64,000 nt of DNA, taken from the NCBI GenBank assembly GCA_963924565.1, contig OZ004608.1, positions 4,960,001 to 5,024,000 on the forward strand. Reading direction: 5' to 3'. Position 1 is the first letter of the stretch, and each line of letters begins with the position of its first letter. This document shows positions 1 to 12,560 of the stretch, in pieces. The notes below the pieces were generated by a model. That model was not told the DNA's origin. It was given only the letters and a program-made list of their open reading frames with translations, and made no database searches. This DNA is from Ascidiella aspersa (taxonomy: Eukaryota). Made by a program: the position numbers and the translations under genes.

Positions 1-729
1 ACTAAAACGTCTGATATTTTTAAAGTATATAAGAAAGAAAAACGAGGTATCTTTAATTGTTTATTTCTAGTTTTGAGCACGGTAAGGGTGCCAACGGGGC
101 TAAAATACATTTTTAGGACCAGAATAACGTAACATATATTAGACATAAAACAATTACAATCGATGACTGAGGCATCAACAGAAAGATTTTGTATTATCTA
201 GTACTTCTCAGGCTATTTATTCCTAAACTTTTTGTTTGGGTTGGCCAGCCCTTTGTGGACAGTTTTATACTGAAATTTATTTGTTGTCAATTTTAACCTA
301 AAATTTGCAATTAGTCAAACGTGGATGTCTCTTCGATCGAACTGAGAATAAACTGAAACGATTTCTTTCTGTAGGTCGATTCAATTTTAGGTCTTCGAAA
401 AGCCATAAATAAGTATATGAACGTCTTTTAAATTTTTTTGCATAAAAGTTTGTGGCGACTCTATAATCAGCCAAACGGGACCCTTGCAAGTTTTTAATTT
501 ACTTTTTTTATTCATAAGGACACAACGAAACAACTGCAACAGAAAATAGGCAAGATAAGCTACGATTTAGCAGAAAGGCATTAGAAGACAGATGGGCATT
601 AGGGCTTACTTGTACTGGGCTTCAAAAGATCCCTGCCGAGAAAGTTGTTCATTTTATGATTCTTAGTTGGGACAAGACGTTCTATTTGGCTATAATAAGG
701 GACACGTTTAAATTCGTGACCTTTTGCAG

Positions 730-3700
730 GTCGAGAATGTGAGATCTGGACGCTTGAAGAGCGCCACCTACAGGAGAGATACCAGACTTGCAAGCAGCAA
801 GTAAAGGACCAGTATCACCTGCAACGACACCAGCTGGTGCTCAGGCACGACAAGGTAAGACCGACATTGCTTGATCTGTGTAGACTCAACAAAGATTTCT
901 CCGTATATATCCGATATTTTAGTTTCACCGGTACATTTTGTATTGGTAAATTTGTACCTCTATTTTACTTTAAACTATTATCAAGCGCTTTTTTTAAACA
1001 GCAAATTTCATAATTTTTGAACTTCGTTTTTTTGGCAGACTAATTTAATGATGGGTTTACTATTTTAATCAAGTTAATGTATAAATAAAAGTTAAATAAA
1101 ATTTGCATTATACGATCATAAAAATAAATTGGTTACACTTATCAGTATAACGTATCGGTTGGCAAAACTGTAAATAGGTTTTCAGTATCGGTCGAAAAAG
1201 TGATTTAAGTAAATATCTAGAATTAAAACACATTAAAATCAATCAAAAATGAATATAGGTGAAATAGTGAATCAATATTAGAACAATTGTGAATCAGGCC
1301 TTGGATATTTTTCGCACTTAAAACGTGTTTAATTTCATTTACAAAGGCAGCAAAGCGTTGACACAAAGCGGATGAAAAGTGTAATAAAACTACTTTGAGG
1401 GACGCGATAACAAGTTAATCTAGCTCAGTGTTTGTTAACTGTTTCAAGTCAAGGCGCACCTGGCGAGCGAAGCGAGCGCGATTTTTTTTGGAAGACCAGT
1501 ATTTCGTTTAAATTTTTTGTTTTTTATGGCATTGCCGAAAATAGAAAATGTTAAAAAATATATATCCAATATTTTTTAATAGTTTTTCCCATTATGCGAA
1601 ACGCACTTGCTTGGCAGCCTTCCACGGCGCAACGGTAAAGAATCGCTGATCTAGTTTAAAAGGCATCGTCTATACGTAAACAAACCGGACGTACAATGAA
1701 CATTCGCGCTAAGCGCGAAATTTTTTCGCAATTACGTAATTAAAATAGTCAAAAAGTATGTCAAATAGACTCGTGTCTAATTTGTCAAAGAGGCAGCGGG
1801 CCGGATGAAATAAATCGGCGGGCCGTAGGTTGCCGACCCCTGCACTAGAATAACAACTTCCTAGCTATACATAAATTCAATCAGTATCAAAATTAGCAGC
1901 TTATCACTATAATTGTCGTATTAAACACCAAATATTACTTTAGTTGTTTAAATCTGAGTTTTAACTGTTTTGATTCAAAATTCCACTCGATTGTCCAGGA
2001 ACAAGAGCAGATGTTACGTCACAACAGGCGGCTTGAGGACGAGCTATTGTCGCGTCACAGAGAGGAGAAGATGCGCTTGCCGAAAATCCAGCGTACTGAG
2101 GGCAAAGCAAGGATGTCGATGTTTAAGAAAAGTCTGCGCATTCAGACGCCACAAGGGGCGCAAGTGAGCGAGAAGGAAAAGATCAGACAGGTGGGTGTTT
2201 GTTATTTTGTGTTTGTTTTTTATTTGTGCTTGTTTTTTTTCTGTTTTTTTAAGGGTGTTTGAAGGGCCTATGTCACCCCCTTTTTTACACAAAACGGTGA
2301 AATAATGTTGCTAGTCATCAAACGCGAGACGAATAGCAAGGTTACCGGCGCCTATATGATGCACAAATGTTTAAACACAGGATTGGGATACTGAGTGTTT
2401 CTAATTTAATTCCTTATGTATAATTACTAACGGCAGTAGTCGGTAAACTTTTTTTCTGCGGCCCAAAATACTCTTTACATATAGCTAGAAAAGGCCCACT
2501 ACGTAAAACCACTACGACAACAGAGAAAAATCCAGGATTTTTTAGGCCTGGGGGCATGCAAATTTTTAGTATGACGTCGCAAAGTTACGGCCCACACACT
2601 AATTTTTAATTTAGTGAAATAAATGTACGGTTATCAGTTACGCGGGCCACAACTACATAATAAAACTAAACTATTAAAAAATCTCGCGGCCCACCAAAAA
2701 TGGCTCTGCGGCCCACATTTGGGCCGTGGCCTACAGTTTTCCGACCACTGGCAAAGATGTTGCAAGGCCGCAGCATAAACGACAAGGCGAAGTAAAACTA
2801 TATGTTTACCAGTTCACGGTGACGGAGACGAAACGTCAGCGCCAGGAAAAGATGAAGTTGCTTTACAAGCATGATGGTCAGATTAAAGAGCTTGAAGCAA
2901 GGTGTGAAGCGAACCTGAAGGAACTCACACAACTGCAGAACGAGAAGAGAAGGTCAGATTTGTTTTCATTCAAAATTTTTATTTTTCGATTGTTTTTGCC
3001 TGTTTTTTCTCTTCTACTGCACCAGAAGGCTAATTAAAGTACTAACCAAAATCATATCAATTATTCAGTTTATATTCACACTTATTTTTTCTTTAAAAGC
3101 TTGAAAACTGTGCTGTCCAAAATAAAGGGTAGAGCGTATGCTTGACCAGATCAAATGTGTGGTTTAATTTTATTCTAACTGAGCAGTAAGTCTAAAACAT
3201 TTCAGAAAAAAAAATTGGACAATATTTCTACGAAAAAAAAACAATCATAGCTCGGCAATGACCCTTAATGCACTGTCGTAGAATAAAAAATACAAAGAAA
3301 AACCGGAAATGAATAGTGTGTATTTAAGTCTACCGTGCTCGCCCACATGGCGTTATGTATTGTATTTGTTTTCTTTTCAAATTACGAAAAGTTAGACTTG
3401 AATCTCTCGCTGCACTCTCCCAACTAGACAGGATAATTGTCAAGAGCTGTCAAACAAAAAATTATACTACAGCGCATGTCGGAATAGGGACTTAGGCATA
3501 GTCTTATGTATAGTCTTACAATTGCATGAGTCCTGAGTCCGACACCTACTCTACAGCCCTGGTTGTGATATCACCGTTACTTGCTGTATAACAACTGACC
3601 TGTGGCGAGGTTGAACTAGCGACTAAGCCACATTGTTCAACCAACTGAGCTTATCGGATATCTCTCTAACCGCATTCTCACATCACAGGTTGGTGGTCGA

Positions 3701-6700
3701 GCGTGAATCGGAGAAAATCAAGACCTTAGATGACGATTACAACGAGGAGCACAAAGTGTGGAAGGAGCATCTCAAACCAAGGAAGAAGGTGAGTTGTTAC
3801 GTCACTATACGTTGTGCCTACTGTGACGTCATAGCACATTTTCGGTGACGCGGGTGGTTTTGTTGAAATAGACAATAACGCTTATTAGCATTTATTTTTT
3901 TTACTCCTTTAAGTAGCTTTAACTATAGCGGTTTCATTTTGTTTTTTCCTTAGAAAAGCTGTTTTATTTCTTCTGCTGTATGACAGATGTTGTATTTAGC
4001 GTTTCAGTCGGTATTAACAAACCCCCTTCGCTATGTTTGCCCCATATTTTAACGTATTATATTTTTTGTCGTGTTTTTTCATGGAAACCAACCTCCTTTT
4101 CACTTTGTAACCCACGCAGACGTATATATTCCAAATGTCAAGAACTTAAGTGAGTTTGAATCTTACTCAAACACTCTTTATGAGCGTTTGCTCAATTGCT
4201 CGACAGTCCTTATTGCCAAGGTGTCCCTTATAGTGTTATGTAGCTGCATAAGGCCCTAGGTGTATTTCGGTGACAGACAAAACAATTTAGGATTATGTTG
4301 ATCTTGCGTGCTGCAAATAGAATATGTCGTAATTAATATTATAACCCTTTGACGAAATAAACCAGTTTAGTATTTCAATTTTTCTTTACATAAAATAAGC
4401 CGTAATGCAAATAGGGAAAACAAACTATTGTGATTCCTCGTTAATTGACTAAGATTAAAAACTTAAGTACAAAACTTAAAAATTGAAAATCTTTTAACCG
4501 GTAGTAACTCATAAAATTTAACTACATTTGCCTTGCGTATTTCTCGCTTATACATTTTGTTTTATCTTCAATACGAATCAGTCTTTAATAGATATGAAAT
4601 TTTTTATCGTTTAAAATTTTGAAAACAAAACTGATTTTTAAAGTTTTTAAGTTTTGTACTTATTTTGAGTTAAATTTCTTTTTTTCTTTGTCGGGATATC
4701 ATGTTAACTTCGAGAAAGCAAAAGCCCTCATTTATTAAATAAATATATTTTAGCAAATAAATGTCCTTACATAAAAACGAAACTGTTAAGTATTCCAGTT
4801 TTGTACTTACTTTAAGTTAAAAAATTTTTTCGCGGTTTGGATATTATATAAACTCCGAGCACGCAAAGGCCCCCATTTAGCAAATAAATATCCCCATATA
4901 CGCCATCTAGCGGCTCGAGGAGGATCTGAAACGCGAATCGGACGAACTGTCTATGTCCTCGTCCGCCATCACGCGGCCGGCGAAAACTTTCGCTCCGGCC
5001 ACTGGGGGGCAGTTTATCGATCCCGACTCTCCCGATGGCTCGGACAACGACGAAACCAACGACGATGCGAGCGTGGCTAGCTCGCCGGGGCGCACGTTAT
5101 TCAAAATGACGTCATCGATGCCAGATTTGAATGCCAGCGTTCCGCGAATGAGATCGGGCGTGAAATCGGCGTCGGATTTGATCGAAGAAGGCTCGCCTAA
5201 AGAATCGTCCTTCTCCTCCAAACACAGACGTCAAGCCTCGGAGCCAGTTTCGACTAAGGTGGAGTCCCCTGGCCAGTGTGTGTCTGAAACCCATAATTTT
5301 CACCACGATTCGATCGAAATCCTTGGTTGGGCGGCGCCGGTCCGCGTGAGAATGTTTTCGGTCTAATTTGCACCGGTATTTTGAACGCAACAAATCGGTT
5401 GCCGGAGCTTTCACTTAGTTTTGAAACTTAATTTGTTGCCGCCGAGTTATTTTGAAGCTCACCCTGGGGATTCCCCTAGAATCTCGTGTTGGAATCGTGG
5501 AGGAATGAGATTTTTTGTTGGAATTCTTGGTCTCTGTCAAGAACGTTGAGTTTTGTTTTCAGTTCTATAGACCAATCGTCCCATTTTGCATGCCGCGATT
5601 TTTGCAATTGATATTTACTTTGTTAACTTTATTATTTGAGTGCTGCCTAATTATTTTTAGCAGGTAAGTTGAGAAATATAATTGCAAAAAATTGTTTGAA
5701 ATATGATTTAGTTTTGGGCTGCTGTTTTACTTTAACTAAAGCTTTATAAAGCCTTTGGTGCAAAAGGTTTTATTCAGCATTTTAGTTTTGTATATGATTA
5801 CAAATGTTTTATCAGAAAAAATGTAAATGCTTTTTACGTCTGTTTTTAGCATATTTTTTTATCAACCGTTTGCATCCTAATTATGATTTATAGTGCCAAC
5901 AATGATTTTATGTTGGAGATTTAATCTGGTTTTAAACAAACACGCTCTAGCCATGCTATTCCACGCTTACACTATCTGCCGTAGAGTATGCAACGTCCGT
6001 AGCTGCAATTACCTAATGTAGAGCGCTTTAAATTACCTTATTTGATATAAAACACAGGCGCCATTTCATAACGTTTAGAAATAGTTGGAAAGTTCTTTTT
6101 CAGTAAACTACTTCAAAACGTGCTGTCTAATTAGGATTTTAAAGCATACCACTCACACGTCAATTAAATATTTAAAGAAGTAATAAGCTGATATTTCTTT
6201 GTCGGTCAATAATCTGCCAAAAAACTATTATATTCCCTTTATCTTGATAAACAATGTTTGGAATTTTTTGGTCAGAGAAAGAAAGGTTGTGTTACCAACT
6301 AACATTATTCACATGTTAATTGAATATTTAAGTAAGTAATAATATTTTTAGTCAAACTTCTGCCCAAAAAAGTGTTGTTGTCCCTTTGGGTGATAATCAC
6401 CCAAGCTTAAAAAAACACTACCCCTCTAGAAAACCAAACTCAGCATTATCTCGATAAACAATGTTTGTAGTTTTTCAACCACAGGCGAAAAGCTGGGTTC
6501 ATAATATCCCTTATATTTCTTAATTTTATATCCCTTATATTTCTCAATGTAATAGGCCTTGGAAGACTCCTTCAGTCGTACGATCGAACAGCACAGCCAG
6601 TTCTACAGGGGCTCGCTGGAGGCGCCAGAGAGCGGCGAGCACCCGCCTTCCCATAGCGACAACGAATCGCTAACGAGCGGGAGTGAAATTTCCGCCGGGA

Positions 6701-6729
6701 ACAGCACGACGAAAATTTACAAGTTGTGA
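730..6729 (+). CDS. SLK: SLK/STK10 (LOK)-like Ste20 kinase, 3' part (C-terminal coiled-coil/PKK region), 5'-partial. Exons 730-854, 1999-2190, 2813-2952, 3689-3788, then terminal exon 4911-5366 or 6556-6729
   Basis: Spliced translation RECEIWTLEERHLQERYQTCKQQVKDQYHLQRHQLVLRHDK|EQEQMLRHNRRLEDELLSRHREEKMRLPKIQRTEGKARMSMFKKSLRI...|FTVTETKRQRQEKM...CEANLKELTQLQNEKR|RLVVERESEKIKTLDDDYNEEHKVWKEHLKPRKK matches recognisable SLK/STK10 motifs (WELEERHLQE, QRHQL..RH.KE, RLPKIQR.E.K.RM.MFKKSL, ELHQLQNEK, LRPRKK). All junctions are AG/GT and phase-compatible. The kinase domain lies upstream of the window. SLK versus STK10 orthology cannot be resolved here. Confidence 0.93.
1426..1648. mobile_element. hAT-type MITE
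   Basis: Ends CAGTGTTTGTTAAC / GGTAAAGAATCGCTG; flanks ATCTAGCT / ATCTAGTT (7 of 8 TSD match). Confidence 0.7.
2434..2750. mobile_element. hAT-type MITE (related partial copy near 51578-51790)
   Basis: TIRs CAGTAGTCGGTAAACT / AGTTTTCCGACCACTG; internal GCGGCCC repeats; no clear TSD. Confidence 0.7.
3565..3658 (-). mobile_element. tRNA-derived SINE fragment (family relatives near 35165, 36570, 37095, 46563)
   Basis: Minus strand reads AGCTCAGTTGGTT (A-box-like) ... AGTTCAACCTCGCCACAGG (B-box-like). Other copies share GTCGT.AGTTCGAACCTCACC.CAG.CTAG. Confidence 0.6.
4911..5366 (+). CDS. SLK: SLK-like alternative terminal exon A (RLEEDLKRESDELSMSSS...VRVRMFSV*)
   Basis: CTAG acceptor ending 4910, phase 0 in frame with the exon ending 3788. 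GC-rich open frame to TAA at 5366 (ORF 4953..5366). The start resembles the STK10-type ALEEDL motif, followed by a Ser/acidic low-complexity tail. Confidence 0.8.
   Translation, partial: RLEEDLKRESDELSMSSSAITRPAKTFAPATGGQFIDPDSPDGSDNDETNDDASVASSPGRTLFKMTSSMPDLNASVPRMRSGVKSASDLIEEGSPKESSFSSKHRRQASEPVSTKVESPGQCVSETHNFHHDSIEILGWAAPVRVRMFSV
6556..6729 (+). CDS. SLK: SLK-like alternative terminal exon B (ALEDSFSRTIEQHSQFYRGSLEAPESGEHPPSHSDNESLTSGSEISAGNSTTKIYKL*)
   Basis: ATAG acceptor ending 6555, phase 0, GC-rich 58-codon frame not in the ORF track. Aligns by eye with the vertebrate SLK/STK10 last exon ((T/A)LEE.F/L.......E.FF). Confidence 0.82.
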   Translation, partial: ALEDSFSRTIEQHSQFYRGSLEAPESGEHPPSHSDNESLTSGSEISAGNSTTKIYKL

Positions 6730-9700
6730 AAAAAATTGGATTTTTCTTTTATTTTTGCATTGGCTTTTTTCGAACGAAAAATTTACCGAGTTTTTTGCTA
6801 ATTTTTTAATTTACCAAGTTTTTTTGCTAATTTTTTTAATAGAAGTAAGCCACATTAAATGTTGTGTGTTATTTAAGCCAGACAAACGTTAATTTAAATG
6901 ACCGTTACTTTATTCCTCCCTAAACGCGTCAATTTCTATTTTATTTTCTCAGCTTTTGGTTCTCACTTTTTAAAATTGCGATAAAAAACTCTATTAATGG
7001 TTTCTGTATCCCCGAATTGTTTGTAATGCCGCGACTTTTTCCCGCGCTAGGTTTTCCGCTACCCCCTTTTATTCTGTACATATAGCCAAAATAGCACCTG
7101 CCTTTATCTGCGTAGTTAATGTTTGTGTCTCAGAACCTTAGTTAGTTTTGTTGAATTTTGTTAAGGGCCGAAACATAACCGCGATCTTAGAATTTTACTT
7201 AAATTCGTTCACCAATCGGAATCTAAAGACTGACAAAACACAACCCACATAAAAGTATGTTTAATTGGGATTTCCGTAATCCTTTAAATTTTGAATTTAG
7301 GACTCTTTAGACAATGTCAAACCTTTATGGCTAACGCAATGACCCAATGATCTTCAAACTGCCACCATGAGCTGACACTTGACAGTTGATTTTTTTTAAT
7401 TTTTCGGGCTAGAACATCGGTAATATCCTTCGCTGGAAGCATGAAGGCATGATTTCTGTATGCCGCTTCAAAATCGCATAACCGGATAGTTAACGCCAAT
7501 GCAAGGATAGCAATAAATTACCAATTAAAGGTGACATGTTTGTCAGTGCGTCTAGCAATTATTGTGTATCGCCCTTTCATTTAGGTTTACTGATAAACAT
7601 AATCTAGTTCCCTGTACAAAAATAATGCCATAAACGAAATAAAACTGCTAATAAGGCCTCACCAACTAAGCCGCCCCCCATCCTGTGTAGTTAACTAGAT
7701 AATTCGTTGACCGCCAACTCCTAATAAACCATTTATTTTGCTGCTAAGCCTGTGCAATAATTTGCTCAAGGTAAGCCAACAAGCGAATCGCAATTGAATT
7801 CTCACTTTTGTGAAACTTAGTTTGTCACTTTTGCTGATGTTGTAGCATTTGAAAGTCAGTAGTTCATTAGTTTGTTGGTTGTGGTAGCGAATATCACATT
7901 TACGTTTTCGTGTGTATTCTCTGTTCCACGCATATTTTTACTAATTTATTAAAGACTTGTGTGGTTTATTTTATGGCGAGGCATCAAGAAAGTTGTATTT
8001 GTAACACTCAAACACCTTGCTTTTGCTTTTTTTTTAACTCGATTGATTTTTATTTTTGTTTAAATCAATATCATTATGACGTCACACCACTGTATTCATT
8101 TGTTGACCTATATACCGACTATTATACGCCCAAATTATATCTCAAACCTTTCCTACGCGTCGCTTCTGCTTCGTGTGACGTCATTTTTTGTTGGTGACGT
8201 CATTGTCACGCGCTGGTGATCTAAGTTGTTGTTTTATTTGCTACTGTGTAGTTTTATTTCATATCGCGAAGATAGTTCTTTCATATTTTCATCTCTTAAG
8301 CTGTAATTTCATTCTTAACTCTTTCGAGAAACAATCGAGGTTATTACTATTATTATCGAACAAGTGTGCGCTTGTGACGTCGATCGCGTCATCTTTTTTT
8401 CTCGCTTAGCTTACTTTTTTTGTGTTGACGTCATGTAATTTGGCTTAATTTGACCGTGATTTCGTCCGTCCTTTTGATTTGAACCGTTGTGAATAATCTT
8501 GGCGTTTTGCAAATAGTAAAACATCTATTAATTGAACAAATATTTCCTGCTGTTTAGTTATATCCAGCAATATGGATTTTCGTTTTTATCTATTCAGCGC
8601 TACGTAAAATGTATATCAATGGTTAGGGTAAGTAAAAAAATAACTGTCATGCTTTTAAATGTGGTTTCCCTAACTTTTCATAAAATTAAAGAATTTTTAT
8701 ATTTTTAAACGTGCAACGGAAATTACTGCTGCTAGAAACATCCTTAAAACAGTGTTGATTTGGTTAAATGTTTTGGCTTTTATTTATTTACTTTTTCATT
8801 GGAGAGAAAACCGGGGTATTATTTTTTGTTCAATTCAAAAAGTGGGTGTGTTTTAAATTTTATTCAGTGTTGGTCTTGACGTTGACAAACTCGATTTACA
8901 TGACAATTTTTGTCATAGCAAAAGCTCCTGTTATTTATCCGTTTTAAAACCACACTTTAAGTATTTCACCAGATTAGAACAAGTTATTACGATACAGGGG
9001 TCAACCAACTTTTTTCACAAAGTGCCAGACAGTACTGAAGACTCGATCGCGGGTCGAATAACTCTTAAAGATAAATGATTGCAGACCGGAAATAGAATTG
9101 TGTATTGACTTGATTATTAATATACGAAGCGAGCATATCAAACTTATTTATTGAAAAATAGGAAGTTTGTTTTAAGTTGTTGTTTGGTTTAAAATTGCAT
9201 CAAAATATAGTTTAGATTTTTCGAGGACATAGCCTACGTCCCGTTATTAACGTTGGATTGACACTGTATTTCGGATTTTCTTCAAGGAAATACACCGCGT
9301 CAGGAACAATTAAGCTGGCGGGCCGATTCTGGTCCTGGACGAGCAGTTGTTACTGGCAAATTGTCTCAAAGGGGCGCTTTCGTGCAACTGTTGAAACAAT
9401 GCTTTTGCAGATTCGTACAACAGCGGGGCGATATCGTATCTCCGTGTTTTTATGCATTCAAAATAATTCGCAGTAAGCACTTAATGTTTTTTGTGTGATC
9501 CTTGACACTCTCATGGTTTCCAATGAAAACACAGTATAGCCTGAACAAAAGTATTTAGGGCGGTGAAATTGTAAAAGTTAGAGACGTGGTGTGCGCGATT
9601 GCTAGATTCCTAAATTAAAGGTTTTGCAATGCAATATGTCCCTAACTACAGTACTCTCAATTCATTCCCTTAGAATTAACTAGTTCGTTAACTACTTTGC

Positions 9701-11199
9701 TATTTTTTTATTGCCTTGTATTACACGAGGCCTAGTTTTTAAGCCCATATACTCAACCTAATTCTAAGTGCAGCCCTACATGCGAAACCAATAAGCCTAG
9801 GTATGGTAAGCGGCTTATTTGGCAGAAGTACACCCCCTTAGCTAAAAACTTAAAGCCTGCTTGCATTTAAATCCTCAGCCGGAATTAATTCGACTACCCC
9901 CAAACGTCTCACGGATGTAGCTATCTATGCGTGTGTCACTATCATTGGTCTGCAATTTCATTGGGACAACTTGGAGTAGGTCGCCTGTACGTATACCAAT
10001 TAAAGTTTTTATCAAAGCAGTTTGTAAAAAAAGTCAGATGCTTTGGCTCTAATCCAAGATTGTGTATCATGAAATCTTTTATGGAAAGTCATCCAGTGTC
10101 GTCTTGTAAGCTACACACGGATTTCAATTGTGTACGCTCGTGCATGCTACAGCTCGCCTTTGAATTTGCTGAATTTCAAACCACAACAGGCCAATTGACG
10201 GGGTCACACTGCGCACTGTGATGTCACACACGCTGGTGTGTGGTGCAGTTGTGGAGTTATAGTTATCTGTTTAGCGAACAATCTGTCGCTTGTTCGTCTC
10301 TAACCGCGCCACTTCCGTCTTCGCGCCCAGCGCTTTGTGACGCGTGTGTGCGCCATTATGACGTGTGTGTGCGTGCGCCCGACCGGCGTGACAGGAATCA
10401 TATTGCAAGACATGCGACTGCCAGCCTGGTCACGTGACTACTGACAGTCTGTTGTTTGTTTTTAAAATGTTCGCGGCTAAATTTGATTTTGAGCTCGTTT
10501 AGGAGACCGAAAGTTTTACAAACCTAAAAATGGATTAGGTTTTTGCGGTTTGGGTTTCTAACTTTATCGCAATGTATTGGCTACTACGTTATGAAAGATT
10601 AATATAACTTTAATATACTTCTGACCTGATGAATATCGCACCCACTTTATGTCCTAACATAAAACTTCAGGAAAACAAAATTGGAGGCATGGGAAATAAA
10701 TGGAAATGTAATTATCTACTTTTCGGTTAATAAAATTTCGGGAACGATTATTTTGAGTTCTATATTAAACCCTGTATTGACGCTGATGCGTATTGATCTA
10801 CTCTGAAGATGTATTGAATGTGACGTAAAAGGCCTTTGAGCCAGCTATGTTTCAAAAACAAACAACCTAAATCGAATAAATGATAGCGAATAGTTATATG
10901 GAATACATTTATATAAGATATGCACTTGTGTAATACTTTTTTACCAGCAGACAACGATCAATAAATTTGTTTTCGTGTTGAATTAGATTTACAGAAATAC
11001 CAAGAAATGCTGTCATTCCTAATGCTGATACACATTTCATTTACTATAGGCATAATAGCGAAATATCAATAAATGATACCGCAACTTTCACAACGCGAAT
11101 ATAACTTTACCATATATCCTATATGTTCTGAACGTCTATATTCCAAGAAATATATCTAAGGCGCTCATAAAGATCCACCAGTGACTCCGGTCATGTTTG

Positions 11200-11813
11200 C
11201 AAATCACATTATCGCGCCTCGAAAGCCGAAAACGCGACCGCCTTTAAACTTCGCCGCCACTCCCCCCGAAAAGGTGACGTAATCCTTCCGCAAGCACCCC
11301 CTGCGCACACGTCCACTACGCCGCGCAGGCCTCCCCTGTCTGTCGCGCACCCCCGCCTAAGCCAGGCGACATGCGACACTGAGGCGGATGTTAGGCCGGG
11401 GGTGGGGATTTCTTCTTGGAGCCAAAGTCAGACTGACTGTATAAAAGACGATTAAGTTCAAGTCGATTGGTATATTCAGTCAAGTCGGTTCAACTCGGTT
11501 ATCGAATTAAAGAGTTTGTAGCATAGTTTTAATTTAAAAGTAGGCTATAGGTATTAAGGTACAGTTTATCTGACTGTATAAAAGACGAAGCAGTTAAAGT
11601 TGACTGGTATATTCAGTCAAGTCGGTTCAACTTGGTTATCAAAGCGAAGAGTTTGTGGCATAGTTCAAATTTGAAAGTATAGGTATTGATGTACAGTTTG
11701 TCTGTTTTGTATTCTAACATGCAAGGCTGTACATACGGTAAATTGCGTGGCACAGCAATACAAGTTTGTGGCATAATTTTAATTTAAAGGAAAAGTATAG
11801 ATATTCGGTAAGT
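11200..11813 (+). promoter_or_regulatory. Candidate promoter and non-coding first exon of the zf-3CxxC gene
   Basis: GC/CpG-rich patch ~11200-11420, TGACGTAA 11275-11282, kB-like GGGGATTTCT 11404-11413, TATAAAAG at 11440 and 11577, strong donor G|GTAAGT at 11808. Confidence 0.45.
11433..11807. repeat. 137-bp tandem duplication (2 copies plus a partial third)
   Basis: CTGACTGTATAAAAGACG...TGGTATATTCAGTCAAGTCGGTTCAACT.GGTTATC...AAGAGTTTGT.GCATAGTT starts at 11433 and 11570. A third partial AGTTTGTGGCATA lies near 11763. Confidence 0.9.
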
Positions 11814-12254
11814 CTTCCTACGGACTGTATTAGGCTTTGTTATTCAAGTAATATGGTTATCAGCCGCAAATATTGTCCTGGACAGGCCACGTAAGCTTTA
11901 CAGACTGCGCTGACACATCGCGGGTTAGATATTCTTGTGCGTTTTTCGCAGGCGGACTTTTCGAATAGCTTTCCGTCCTGCCTTAACGTCTGTTAAGCGG
12001 CAGAAAAGCAGCCGGTTAGGCTTGAGGATATTGGCTCCTTCCGATGATAAACCAAACGCTGACGCTAATACCGAATCGCGGCTTTCTAGGAGCCAATTGT
12101 ACTTTGTTCGCCAATTCCATATGGAAATCCGTAGGCTGGTTTATTTGGTAAATGATTAAAGCTATTTTGATAGAGCAGTATTAAGCAATGTGCTACCTAA
12201 ATGGGGTTCAGTCAAGTAATTAATTTTGACGTTGAAAGCTGGTAAAGTTTTATC

Positions 12255-12560
12255 AGAAACGTTCACAAAATGCTAACTACTTACATATGTCTTTTGATAT
12301 TCATTCTACGTCTAACTACAACCTCCATCTATTATCCTAAGGTTTATTCGAAATGTTCACAAAATACTACCTAACCTTCTGTATGCGTTTGATATTCATT
12401 CTACTTCAAACTACAACCTACATCTATTATCTTAAGGTTAATTCCAAACGTTAAAAAAATTCTACATACTACAACCTGCGATCATTATCTTAAGATTGTT
12501 TAGAAGCGTTCACTTTACCCTACCTATTTGTGTTTGAGCTTTAAAATTGATTCTACGTCC
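12255..12560. repeat. Degenerate ~95-bp tandem repeat (about 3 copies)
   Basis: Recurring GTTCACAAAAT.CTA, TTTGATATTCATTCTAC and ACTACAACCT.CATCTATTATC.TAAGGTT. Confidence 0.8.

Noticed and set aside
4907-5414. Minus-strand ORFs over SLK exon A (also those opposite the 3CxxC and lectin exons)
   Set aside because: Antisense shadows of GC-rich coding exons; no independent motifs or splice structure.
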